A stretch of DNA of 63,744 bases, filler included, from Candidatus Lindowbacteria bacterium RIFCSPLOWO2_12_FULL_62_27 (lineage in GTDB: Bacteria > Lindowbacteria > 2-12-FULL-62-27): the NCBI GenBank assembly GCA_001784175.1. It is 3 parts of 3 records of this genome, joined end to end, with 100 filler letters (N's around TTAATTAATTAA, not from the genome) between each part and the next. Parts side by side here need not be neighbours in the genome. Positions count along the whole stretch, not along the records: positions 1 to 24,818 come from MFPR01000018.1; 2 more parts are not named here. One strand, given 5' to 3'. The translations under genes and the position numbers were made by a program. The notes under the pieces were generated by a model that was given only the letters and a program-made list of their open reading frames with translations, made no database searches and was not told the DNA's origin. Positions 1 to 9,984 of this stretch are shown here, piece after piece; the first letter of the stretch is position 1; each line of letters starts with the position of its first letter.

Positions 1-2
1 CG

Positions 3-3000
3 TCCTACGGCATCTATCTGTCTTCGAGTTCGAACAACGCGCTGAGCGGGAATACGGCCGGTTCGAATTCGTACGGCATCTATCTGTCTTCAAGTCCGAG
101 CAACACGGTGAGCGGGAACACGGCCGGTTCGAATTCCACCGGCATCTATCTTGAATATAGTTCGAGCAACACGGTGAGCAGCAACACGGCCGTGTCGAAT
201 TCGTCCTATGGCATCCATCTGTCCTCGAGTTCGAGCAACGCGCTGAGCGGGAACACGGCCAGTTCGAATAACATCGGCATCTATCTGTACTACAGTTCGA
301 ACAACGCGCTGAGCGGGAATACGGCCGGTTCGAATTCGTACGGCATCTATCTGTATTCTAGTTCGAGCAACACGGTGATCGGCAACACGGCCGCATCCAA
401 TTCGTCCTACGGCATGTATCTGTATTTGAGTTCGAACAACACGCTGGTTCAAAACACGCTCGATTCGAACGTTCAGTATCAAATTTATCTGACCGGTTCG
501 TCCTCGGTCGACACGGCGCAGAAGAACAATCTGAGGACAAGTCCGACGAATCCCAACGGCGGGGTGTACAACAACACGGGCAGCGTATTTGATTTCACGC
601 GCAACTGGTGGGGAACGACGGACGGGGTGGCGATCGACCGGATGATCACCTCCCTGCCGCCGCAGACGGTGACGGTTCGGCCCTACCGGTTGGGTCCGGT
701 CGACACCGCTGCGGGGGCCGACACGACCGCGACGAGGGCGCCGGACACCGTGGCCGTGACGGCCAACGACACGTCGCGGATCGTGACGTGGGAGACTGGC
801 GGCGCGACGGGGCTGGAGGAGACCAACGGCGGCGCGACCGGAGACGGGGGATACCGGATATACCGGAGCGAAGTGAAGAACGCGTCGGTGTGGATGAGGA
901 TCGGGCAGGCGAACAGCGGGACGGACGGCTGGCAGGACACGGACATTACGCCGGGCCGGGTGTATTACTACCGGGTAACGACCCTGGACACATCGACGCC
1001 GTTTGAGAACGAGAGTTTTTATTCTGACTCGGAGCCGATAGACAGCCTGGTGGTGACGTCGCGGACGACGTGGTACGTGAACGACACGTCGACGGCGGGG
1101 GACTCCTTTACGTATGCAACGGGCAATGATGCAGCAGGCAACGGGTCGCCCCAGGCGCCGTTTCGGTCAATTGCGCTTGCGTTGAGACCCGCGCAAGCCG
1201 GCGACACGATTTACATCGACGCGGGCGTCTACGCGGAGATCGTCGTGGTCGGCACGGACTCGGTCACGCTTCAGGGCAAGGACTCGAACGCGACGGTGAT
1301 CGACCCGCCGGGGGCGAACTGGGTCAGCGGTCTCTACGGGATCTACGCGGCGAACCGGACGGGTCTGGGGATCAAGAATCTCGGCGTGACGGGGGCGAAC
1401 ATCGGGATACGATTGGAGAATGTGGACCGATCGACTGTTGCCGGAGACAGCGTGGCGTCCTGCGGCCATACCGGCATCTCTCTTGTGAACGGCTCCGACA
1501 CGAACACGGTGATCGGCAACACGGCGAATTCGAATTCGTCCTACGGCATCTATCTGTCTTCAAGTCCGAGCAACGCCGTGAACGGCAACACGGCCAGCTC
1601 GAATAGTACCGGCATCTATCTTGAATATAGTTCGAGCAACACGGTGATCAGCAACACGGCCGTGTCGAATTCGTCCTATGGCATCTATCTGTCTTCGAGT
1701 TCAAGCAACACGGTAAGCGGCAACACCGCCAGTTCGAATAACATCGGCATCTACCTGTATTCGAGTTCGAACAACGCGCTGAGCGGGAACACGGCCGGTT
1801 CGAATTCGTACGGCATCCATCTGTATTCGAGTTCGAGCAACACGATGAGCGGCAACACGACCGCGTCCAATTTGTCCTACGGCATGTATCTGTATTACAG
1901 TTCGAACAACACGCTGGTTCAAAACACGCTCGATTCGAACGTTCAGTATCAAATTTACATCGGCTATGGTTCATCGGTCGACACGGCGCAGAAGAACAAT
2001 GTGAGGACGAGTCCGACGAATCCCGACGGCGGGGTGTACAACAGCGCGGGCAGCGTATTCGATTTCACGCGCAACTGGTGGAACACGACGGACGAGGCGG
2101 CGATCGCGAGGATGGTCTATCGAGCCTCCAGCGCCGATTTCATCGTCTGGTCGCCTTACCGGCTCGGTCCGGTCGACACCTCGGTGGGCGCCGACACCAC
2201 CGCTCCCGCCGCCCCCACCGGCGTGACGATAGATTCCGGCGTGGCGGGCCAGATCACCGTCTCGTGGGTGAATCCGACTGTGAACGAAGAAACCAACGGC
2301 GGACCGGGCGGATTCAACGGCGTCAAAATCTATCGCGTGGCCGGCGCGCCCGACACGACGCACTGGGCGAATGCGCCGGTGTGGACGGCCGGGCCGACCG
2401 ACACGACGTGGACCGACACGGAAGTTTCAGCCGGGACCGTATATAATTACCGTCTGACCTCGCGCGACTCGGCCGCGCTCGTCAACGAGTCGTTTTTCCA
2501 TACGTCGGTGGCGGCGCCGAACACGAGCGGCCAATGGTACGTGAACGACCTGTCGGCCGCGGGCGACAGTTTCACGTCGTCGATCGGTTCCGACGCGGCC
2601 AACAACGGCACGGCGTCGAGACCCTACCGGACGATCCTGAGGGCCCTCACACAGGCCAAGGCCGGCGACACGATCTTCCTCGACGCCGGCCAGTATTCGG
2701 AAGCCGTCGTGATCGAGACGGACAATATCAGCCTCATCGGCAAGGACTCGACCGCCACCGTGATTGATCCGCCGGGCGAGGCGTCCACCTCCGGCCTCAA
2801 CGGCATCTTCGCCGACACGCAGACGGGGCTTTTGATCAAGAATCTCTGCGTGACCGACGCGTACGACGGTGTTCATTTTTACAATGTGGACGCCTCGACC
2901 ATTTCGGGCGTCCGGGCCATCGGGTGCGGGAATTCCGGCATTTATCTGCGGGCGAATTCCGACACGAACACGGTGAGCGCCAACACGGCCAGTGTGAATC

Positions 3001-6000
3001 CTCGCGGCATTTATCTGTATTCGAGTTCGAGCAACACGGTGAGCAGCAACACGGCCACTTCGAATACCGACGGCATCTATCTGTATTCGAGTTCGAACAA
3101 CACGGTCAGCGGCAACACCGCCAGTTCGAATGTCACCGGCATCTATCTGTCTCCGGCTTCAAGCAGCAACACGGTGATCGGCAACACCGCCAACTCGAAT
3201 TCGGCCATCGGCATCTATCACTATTCGAGTTCGAACAACACGGTGAGCGGCAACACGGCCAGTTCGAACGGGACGGCCGACATTTATCTGAATACGGGAT
3301 CGAATAATTATTCCTCGGAAATCGCCGCCTACAACTGGATTGACGCAACGGACGGCAGTATTTGGGCTCCTGATCAAGGCGGTACAGATGACGGTTCGCA
3401 GCTTGTAAATATTGGATTTAATTTCAGCTTTTTTGGAAATACCTACACCCAGCTCAAAATCTCATCCAACGGCTATGTCGTGTTCGGTTCCTCGAGTGCC
3501 ACCAGCCTTTCAAATGTGGCCATTCCAAATGTGGGTCAGCCGAATAATTTTATCGCCCCGTTCTGGGATGACTTAAACCCGGGCGCCGGCGGCAATATTT
3601 ACTACAAGACGATTGGAACCTCGCCGAATCGAACATTTGCCGTGCAATGGAACGGAGTTCCCTTCTATTCGGCCGGGGGGTCGCTTACTTTCGAATTGCT
3701 TTTATACGAACAAAGCGGAGAAATCATTTTTCAATATAATACGATGACTGGATCCTATGCAAATGGGAGCAGCGCGACCTGGGGCATCGAAAACTTGGAC
3801 GGCACGGATGGGTATGGCTCATTTCCCGTTGCGGTCATATCCAATCAACTGGCGCTGAGGATATTTTCTCTGACCGCGAGCAACCCGGGTTCCGACTGGT
3901 ACGTGAACGACGCGTCGACGGCGGGAGACTCGTTCACGACCGTGGCCGGCGCGGATACGGCCGCCGGGAACAGTCCGGCCGCGCCGTTCAGGACGATCGC
4001 CAAGGCGCTGCAAGCGGCCCAGGCGGGCGACGCGATTTGGGTCGACGCGGGGACGTACGCCGAAACCGTCGTGATCGACACGGACGACATCGCGCTCATC
4101 GGCAAGGACCCCAACGCCACGGTGATCGACCCCCCCGGCGATTCGAACGTCAGCGGTCTCTACGGCATCCACGCCGACACGCAGAAGGGCGTCAGAATTA
4201 TCAATTTTGGCATCACGGGCGCCTACGACGGGATCCATTTTGAAAATGTCGAACAATCGATCATCCATGGCAACAGTATAAGTTCCTGCGGCAACAACGG
4301 CATCCATCTGTCATCGAGTTCGAACAACACGATGGTACATAATGACGTGCGGCAGAATTCGAGTTATCAGATTTATATTTACGGCGCTTCGGCGGCGGAC
4401 ACAGCGCAGAAGAACAACATCATTGCGGCGCCGGCCAATCCCAACGGAGGCATCTACAACGGCTCGACTGACTCGACCGCCAAATTCGATTTCACGCGCA
4501 ACTGGTTCGGGACCGCCGACAGCGTGGCGATCCGAGGCCGGATCGTGCAGGCCTCAAACGGCGATTCGATCATCTGGCAGCCGTATCGGCTGGGCGAGGT
4601 CGATATGGCCGCCGGGGCGGACACGGCAGAACCGGCGTCGCCGTCGGGTCTTGCCGCCGACACGTCGACGGCCGGGCAGGTGACACTGACATGGGTGGAC
4701 AATTCGTCGGACGAGAGCGCATTTCGCATCTATCGGGACATCGTCCCCGACACATCCTCGAAAACGTTTCTTGCGGAGCTTCCCGCCAATACGATCTCCT
4801 ACGTGGACACCCCCGTTCCGGCGGGAGCGGCGTATTATTACAGCATCACCGTTCTGGATTCCCATGTGACGGGGACCACTTCGTTTGAGAACGAGGCGTT
4901 TTATTCCGCGTTCGCCGCGGATACCCGGTTGCCGGCCAACACGCTGCCTCTCTGGTACGTGAACGACACATCAACTGCAGAGGACAGCTTCACGCACGCC
5001 GCCGGTTCCGACATAACCGGAAACGGCGCCGCATCGAATCCCTACCGGACGATCTCGAAAGCCCTCGCACAGGCGGAACGCGGCGACACCATATATGTCG
5101 ACGCCGGTCTTTATACGGAAACCGTCGTCATCGACACCGATCACATCAGCCTCATCGGCAGGGATTCGAACGCCACGGTAATCGATCCGCCGGGGGACTC
5201 GAACGTGTACGGGCTATCCGGCATTTACGCGACGAATCGCCTGAATTTGCTCATCAAGAACCTCGGCGTTACGGGGGCGGCTGATGGGATTCATTTCAAC
5301 AACGTCGATCTTTCGACCATCACCGGCAACACGGCCGGTTCGAATTCGAACGGAATATATCTGTACTCAAGTTCGAACAATACGGTGAGCAACAACATCA
5401 CCGATTCGAATGCATGGAGCGGCACCTTGCTGGGAAGAAGCTCGATCAACACATTGAGCAACAACAGGTCAAATTTGAATTCCTACGGCATCGTCCTGGA
5501 TGCGAACTCGGACAGCAACACGCTGATCGGCAACGCGGCCGGTTCGAATTCGCAGTACGGCATCGTACTGGATGCGAGTTCAAACAACGTGATTGTACAA
5601 AATGACGTGCGGCTGAATACGCAATACCAGATTTATATTACTGCTTCATTTAGCGGCCCATCCTCGGCCGACACGGTGCAGAAAAACAACATCGTTCCGT
5701 CCGGGACGAATCCCGACAGCGGCCTGCACAACAACACGGGCAAGACATTTGATTTTTCGCGTAACTATTGGGGCACGACAGATGAGCAGAGAATCGCGAA
5801 AATGATATTTGACACGGGATCGATTGCGAACATCATGTTCACTCCCTACCGCCTTGGCGAAGTCGACATGGCGGCGGGCGCGGACACGACAGCGCCGGCG
5901 GCGCCGTCCGGCGTGGCGCTCGACACTTCCGCGCCCGGGAATATCACCGTGTCATGGGCGAATCCGGCGGTGAACGAGGAGGCCAACGGCGGCGCGGCCG

Positions 6001-8024
6001 GATTCGCCGGCGTTCGCGTGTATCGCCTGCGCAATGCGCCCGACACGACTCACTGGGCCAACGCCCTCGTCTGGACGGCCGGGGCGTCGGACACGATGTG
6101 GGTTGATACCGGCGTCAGTGACAGCGCGACGTACTATTACCGCCTGACGTCCCGCGATGCCGCGCCGTTTGTCAACGAGTCGTTCTTCAGCGACACGAAA
6201 TTCTCCGTGCCCCTGCCGCCGGCCGCGCCCGGGCCGGCGAGCATCCGTATCGTGGGCGGCCATCACGGTCTCGGTGGGAGCGGCGATGCGCTGGCGATCG
6301 AATTTTTGGTCCTTGACACAGGCTCCTCCGCGGTGTCCTCAGAAACCGTTACCTTTCAAATCACGTATCCGTCCGGCGGCGGGGGCGCGGCGTTGCAGTT
6401 GGGCGAAACCGGCGGGGTGACGGGCGCGGACGGCGGGATAACGGAAACGATCACGCTTCCTTCGACGGGCGACATCTTTCAAATCAGGGCGTGGCCGGCC
6501 GGCAATTCGGCGGCTTCGGCCGTCGCCACCGTCTATCTCGACGGCCGGGACATCGCCGACTCGACGTGGCGGATGATGGCGCCGAACAAGTCGCTCCTGA
6601 CGGCCGATCCGGCGGCGGTGGTCGGCGCGGATTTGGGAAGCGCGTCACAATACCGGCTCTACGAATGGCGCGAGGACAAAGGCGTGAATCCGTCGATCAC
6701 GTTTGCTTCGACCCAATACCATGCCGTGTCCGCGATCGAGCGCGGCCGGGGATTTTGGGCCAAGCATCTGACCGGCTCGACCCAACGCTGGGTCATCGAT
6801 GAGGGGTCGCAGGGCGTGGCGGGATTCGACACCGTCCGGGTGGCGTTGAACGCGACCGGCAGCGGCTGGAACCAGATCGGCTCCGGGCAGTATTTTTACG
6901 TCGACTGGCGCACGTCCGTGAAAGTCGACACCGGACTTCCGGGCGACACGTGGGCCGGTTCAAACCTTTCGAACCTGCTCAGCGTCGACTCGGCCCACGC
7001 CGCCGGGGTCCTCAGCAACGTCCTCTACTGGTTTGACGGGACGCAGTATCAGTGGGGTCCGAGCGCCGTGAGCGACAGCGCCGTGCAAATGAAGCCGATG
7101 ACGGGGTTCTGGGTGAAGGCGCTTGCGTCGTGCACGCTGTGGGTATTTCCGAATCCGGCGGAGGTTATGGAGACGGAGACGGTTGTTTTAAATCAGAGTG
7201 GAATGCTGTCGGCGTACTACAAGGAGCAAAACAAGGCCGGCGTCGAAAACGACTGGGCGATTCAGATGATGGCGAGCGGCGGAGGCGCGCGAGACGAACA
7301 GAATTATGTCGGGGTTCGGCCCACGGCGCAGGAGGCGGCGCTTGCGGTCGCCTATGAGCCACCGCCGGCGGCGGGGGGATATGTGTACCTGGCGATGAGG
7401 CAACTGAGAGGAACCCCCCACCCAGCCTCCCCCCCAAGGGGGGAGGAGAACCCATGGCTGGCGGCGGCATTTGCTGAACCGGGTGCGATGGGCCGGTCGT
7501 GGGAGGTGTCTGTTGCATCGGACGTTTCCGCGCCGGTCACGATCTCGTGGGACAACATCCCGAATTTACCGCACGTCTACGAGGCGTATCTGATCGGCGG
7601 CCCGCAAGGTCCCGTGAATCTGCGCCAATCCGCCTCACTGGTTTTAGAATCTAAAATCGAAAATCCAAAATCTCCAATTTCATTGACCCTCGCCATCGGC
7701 CTCCCCGAATACCTTGCGGCCTTTCTTTCCGCGTCGCTCTCGAAAGAGCATACCTTCGTCTATCCGAACCCGGGGCCGGACGGCTCGACGGGATCGATGA
7801 CGTTCAAGTACAACCTGCAGTCGCCGGCCGGCGTGACACTCAAAATCTACGATGTGGGCGGCCGGCTGGTCAGAGAGTTGGCGGGATCGGGCATGGGCGG
7901 ATCGAACACGATCCCATGGGACACCGCGAACAAACACGGTCAGAACGTCGGCTCTGGGGTGTATCTCTACATTCTACAGTCTGGTGGAAACAAACTCGTG
8001 GACAAACTGGCGGTGGTCCGGTGA
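3..8024 (+). CDS. Giant secreted/surface protein (5'-truncated): repeated parallel beta-helix (NosD/PbH1-like) + Fn3 modules, one nidogen(NIDO)-like domain, C-terminal FlgD-Ig/T9SS-like sorting domain
   Basis: Frame open from position 3. It has ~22-aa repeats (GIYLYSSSNNTVSGNTASSN) and four WYVND...GDTI..DAG.Y.E modules (~1071, 2534, 3897, 4953). Fn3-like ITVSW...YYYRLT segments occur, and it ends FVYPNP...LKIYDVGGRLVREL...WD...GVYLYIL...KLAVVR. Confidence 0.9.
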   Translation, partial: SYGIYLSSSSNNALSGNTAGSNSYGIYLSSSPSNTVSGNTAGSNSTGIYLEYSSSNTVSSNTAVSNSSYGIHLSSSSSNALSGNTASSNNIGIYLYYSSNNALSGNTAGSNSYGIYLYSSSSNTVIGNTAASNSSYGMYLYLSSNNTLVQNTLDSNVQYQIYLTGSSSVDTAQKNNLRTSPTNPNGGVYNNTGSVFDFTRNWWGTTDGVAIDRMITSLPPQTVTVRPYRLGPVDTAAGADTTATRAPDTVAVTANDTSRIVTWETGGATGLEETNGGATGDGGYRIYRSEVKNASVWMRIGQANSGTDGWQDTDITPGRVYYYRVTTLDTSTPFENESFYSDSEPIDSLVVTSRTTWYVNDTSTAGDSFTYATGNDAAGNGSPQAPFRSIALALRPAQAGDTIYIDAGVYAEIVVVGTDSVTLQGKDSNATVIDPPGANWVSGLYGIYAANRTGLGIKNLGVTGANIGIRLENVDRSTVAGDSVASCGHTGISLVNGSDTNTVIGNTANSNSSYGIYLSSSPSNAVNGNTASSNSTGIYLEYSSSNTVISNTAVSNSSYGIYLSSSSSNTVSGNTASSNNIGIYLYSSSNNALSGNTAGSNSYGIHLYSSSSNTMSGNTTASNLSYGMYLYYSSNNTLVQNTLDSNVQYQIYIGYGSSVDTAQKNNVRTSPTNPDGGVYNSAGSVFDFTRNWWNTTDEAAIARMVYRASSADFIVWSPYRLGPVDTSVGADTTAPAAPTGVTIDSGVAGQITVSWVNPTVNEETNGGPGGFNGVKIYRVAGAPDTTHWANAPVWTAGPTDTTWTDTEVSAGTVYNYRLTSRDSAALVNESFFHTSVAAPNTSGQWYVNDLSAAGDSFTSSIGSDAANNGTASRPYRTILRALTQAKAGDTIFLDAGQYSEAVVIETDNISLIGKDSTATVIDPPGEASTSGLNGIFADTQTGLLIKNLCVTDAYDGVHFYNVDASTISGVRAIGCGNSGIYLRANSDTNTVSANTASVNPRGIYLYSSSSNTVSSNTATSNTDGIYLYSSSNNTVSGNTASSNVTGIYLSPASSSNTVIGNTANSNSAIGIYHYSSSNNTVSGNTASSNGTADIYLNTGSNNYSSEIAAYNWIDATDGSIWAPDQGGTDDGSQLVNIGFNFSFFGNTYTQLKISSNGYVVFGSSSATSLSNVAIPNVGQPNNFIAPFWDDLNPGAGGNIYYKTIGTSPNRTFAVQWNGVPFYSAGGSLTFELLLYEQSGEIIFQYNTMTGSYANGSSATWGIENLDGTDGYGSFPVAVISNQLALRIFSLTASNPGSDWYVNDASTAGDSFTTVAGADTAAGNSPAAPFRTIAKALQAAQAGDAIWVDAGTYAETVVIDTDDIALIGKDPNATVIDPPGDSNVSGLYGIHADTQKGVRIINFGITGAYDGIHFENVEQSIIHGNSISSCGNNGIHLSSSSNNTMVHNDVRQNSSYQIYIYGASAADTAQKNNIIAAPANPNGGIYNGSTDSTAKFDFTRNWFGTADSVAIRGRIVQASNGDSIIWQPYRLGEVDMAAGADTAEPASPSGLAADTSTAGQVTLTWVDNSSDESAFRIYRDIVPDTSSKTFLAELPANTISYVDTPVPAGAAYYYSITVLDSHVTGTTSFENEAFYSAFAADTRLPANTLPLWYVNDTSTAEDSFTHAAGSDITGNGAASNPYRTISKALAQAERGDTIYVDAGLYTETVVIDTDHISLIGRDSNATVIDPPGDSNVYGLSGIYATNRLNLLIKNLGVTGAADGIHFNNVDLSTITGNTAGSNSNGIYLYSSSNNTVSNNITDSNAWSGTLLGRSSINTLSNNRSNLNSYGIVLDANSDSNTLIGNAAGSNSQYGIVLDASSNNVIVQNDVRLNTQYQIYITASFSGPSSADTVQKNNIVPSGTNPDSGLHNNTGKTFDFSRNYWGTTDEQRIAKMIFDTGSIANIMFTPYRLGEVDMAAGADTTAPAAPSGVALDTSAPGNITVSWANPAVNEEANGGAAGFAGVRVYRLRNAPDTTHWANALVWTAGASDTMWVDTGVSDSATYYYRLTSRDAAPFVNESFFSDTKFSVPLPPAAPGPASIRIVGGHHGLGGSGDALAIEFLVLDTGSSAVSSETVTFQITYPSGGGGAALQLGETGGVTGADGGITETITLPSTGDIFQIRAWPAGNSAASAVATVYLDGRDIADSTWRMMAPNKSLLTADPAAVVGADLGSASQYRLYEWREDKGVNPSITFASTQYHAVSAIERGRGFWAKHLTGSTQRWVIDEGSQGVAGFDTVRVALNATGSGWNQIGSGQYFYVDWRTSVKVDTGLPGDTWAGSNLSNLLSVDSAHAAGVLSNVLYWFDGTQYQWGPSAVSDSAVQMKPMTGFWVKALASCTLWVFPNPAEVMETETVVLNQSGMLSAYYKEQNKAGVENDWAIQMMASGGGARDEQNYVGVRPTAQEAALAVAYEPPPAAGGYVYLAMRQLRGTPHPASPPRGEENPWLAAAFAEPGAMGRSWEVSVASDVSAPVTISWDNIPNLPHVYEAYLIGGPQGPVNLRQSASLVLESKIENPKSPISLTLAIGLPEYLAAFLSASLSKEHTFVYPNPGPDGSTGSMTFKYNLQSPAGVTLKIYDVGGRLVRELAGSGMGGSNTIPWDTANKHGQNVGSGVYLYILQSGGNKLVDKLAVVR

Positions 8025-9484
8025 TCACGGGCGCGAAACATTGGTGCGTTGCCGCATTCTCATTGATCTTCATCCTGCCGGCCCGCGCCCAGATGTCCGA
8101 GGAGGAGGCGCGGGTTCAGATGGTGGAGTCAGTCGAGGAGAAGCGCCACACGGAGGAGATGGCCGCCCACGCCCTGCGGTCGCGGCGCGACAAACGGGGG
8201 TGGCTCCTCGATTACGGCTATACCGCCGCCGTCTCGTACACCGCCTCCGACGACAACGACCGCAATCCCGCCGCGCAGGACGATCCCGACCATGTGTGGG
8301 ACAACGAATACAATCTCTTCGGCGTCGTCGCCAGCGTCGACCGGAAGGCCAAATTCTACGCGCGGGTCAAGACGCTCTATACCGACAACGCCAAGATATC
8401 GCCGACCACGCGCGAGTCGGACGTTGAGCAGATGAAAATCGACATGATGTATTTCGAGCGTTCCTTTCCGGGCCGCCGCATAAAGCATACGCTGACGGTG
8501 GGACGGCAATTTTACAAATTCGGCCGGGGGATCGCGTACGGCCTCATCGCCGACGGGGTCCTCTGGCGTTCCAAGGGCAGGAAACTCCTGGTCGACGCGG
8601 TCTTCATGCGCCAAAAGCCCGGCGACAACAATATCGACAACCTCGCGCCGGGGTCGGGCCGGACGAAGCGCTTGTTTTTCGGGACCGAATGTTCGTTCAA
8701 ATTCGCCGGGTGGCTCAAACTGGATCTCTTCCATCTGTGGAATGCGGATCGCAACACCGTCTCTCCCTACTCCACCGGCGCCGCCGGCCAGACGCAGCGC
8801 AGCGAGTTCCATTCCCGGTATTACGGGGTCGGATTCGAAGGGACATTTTTCACGAAACTCAATTACTGGTCCGAATACATTCTCGTGCGCGGCAAGACCT
8901 ACAATGCCGCCACCGCCGCGCAGCCCGTGGCCGCCCAAGTCGGCGTCGACGCCGACGCGCTCGACGTGGGCCTCCGCTATCTCTTCGGCGGCGACCTCGT
9001 CCCCGCGCTGTTCGCCGAATATGCCTTCGGGAGCGGCGACGCCGACCGCGTCAGCAACGTCACCTCCTCGCGGGACGGATCGTCCTTTGGCAAGGACAGC
9101 GTGTTCCGGTCCTTCGGCGGCCTGACGATGGGCAACGCCCTGGCGCCAAGCCTTGCCAACATCCGCATCTTAAAAGCCGGAACCAGCTTCAAACCCCTCG
9201 GGCGGTGGGGCGCGTCCCGATGGAACGACATGACGCTGAATCTGACCGGCTACACCTATCGGTCGGACGCGGGCGGCCCGACCTCGGACGCGGCGATTTT
9301 CCCGACCGGGGATTCGAAATCGTCGGACGACATCGGCGACGAGTACGACGTTTCCCTGTCCTGGAAAATGTTCAACGACATGAATTATCAGTTCAAATTC
9401 GGATCCTTCCTCCCCGGCCCCGCCTACGGCTCTTTGCGGGGCCATGAAACATACATGAAACTGAAAGTGTCCCTGGATCTATGA
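8021..9484 (+). CDS. Outer-membrane beta-barrel, alginate-export (AlgE)-like
   Basis: GTG start overlaps the upstream stop (GTGA). It has a signal peptide ending ARA-Q, amphipathic strands, the motifs VGRQFYKFGRG, EYAFGSGDAD and IGDEYDVSLSW, and a terminal strand MKLKVSLDL. Confidence 0.7.
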   Translation: MITGAKHWCVAAFSLIFILPARAQMSEEEARVQMVESVEEKRHTEEMAAHALRSRRDKRGWLLDYGYTAAVSYTASDDNDRNPAAQDDPDHVWDNEYNLFGVVASVDRKAKFYARVKTLYTDNAKISPTTRESDVEQMKIDMMYFERSFPGRRIKHTLTVGRQFYKFGRGIAYGLIADGVLWRSKGRKLLVDAVFMRQKPGDNNIDNLAPGSGRTKRLFFGTECSFKFAGWLKLDLFHLWNADRNTVSPYSTGAAGQTQRSEFHSRYYGVGFEGTFFTKLNYWSEYILVRGKTYNAATAAQPVAAQVGVDADALDVGLRYLFGGDLVPALFAEYAFGSGDADRVSNVTSSRDGSSFGKDSVFRSFGGLTMGNALAPSLANIRILKAGTSFKPLGRWGASRWNDMTLNLTGYTYRSDAGGPTSDAAIFPTGDSKSSDDIGDEYDVSLSWKMFNDMNYQFKFGSFLPGPAYGSLRGHETYMKLKVSLDL

Positions 9485-9984
9485 ACCGTCGAGGTCGTTT
9501 CGTGTTCGTTCGTGTCTGTTTGTGTCTGTTCGTTTCCCATCTTTTATCTTTTCCGGTCCAGGCCGGCTCCGAAAACGACTACTTCCGCGCGCTCGTCAAG
9601 AAACCGATCGCGACGAAGGAAGACCTTGCCCGGGTCGTCGCGCGGTTCAAGGGATACCGGGGACCCGCCTCAGGCGATGTGGCGCCGGAACTCCAGTATC
9701 TTCTCGATCACGGCGTCCAGTTCCGCAAGAACGCGATGCGCGTCATCCGCGAGCCCGTGACCAAGGCCGACGCCGTGCTGCTCTTTCTGAACGCGATGGA
9801 CGCCGCCGCCGACCAGCGCGGGGTCATGGGCCGGCTGTTCCCGCGGAGTCTGCGGTTCGCCGCGCGGGACGGCAAAGCCCAGAGACTTCTGCCCGCCGAC
9901 AGCTACATACGCGAATACCTGAGCGGCGCCGAGCTTCTCGCGATGCTCGGCCGGGCGATCGAGCAGAGGGAGAAAAAGCGATGA
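9481..9984 (+). CDS. Exported protein with three degenerate SLH-like motifs
   Basis: ATGA overlap and signal peptide ending VQA. The motifs IATKEDLARVV, PVTKADAVLLF and YLSGAELLAML resemble the SLH ITRAE helix. Confidence 0.55.
   Translation: MNRRGRFVFVRVCLCLFVSHLLSFPVQAGSENDYFRALVKKPIATKEDLARVVARFKGYRGPASGDVAPELQYLLDHGVQFRKNAMRVIREPVTKADAVLLFLNAMDAAADQRGVMGRLFPRSLRFAARDGKAQRLLPADSYIREYLSGAELLAMLGRAIEQREKKR

Noticed and set aside
1-3300. Regular ~66-nt repeats resembling a CRISPR or non-coding array
   Set aside because: They are in-frame beta-helix coding repeats with no repeat-spacer structure. No cas genes are present.
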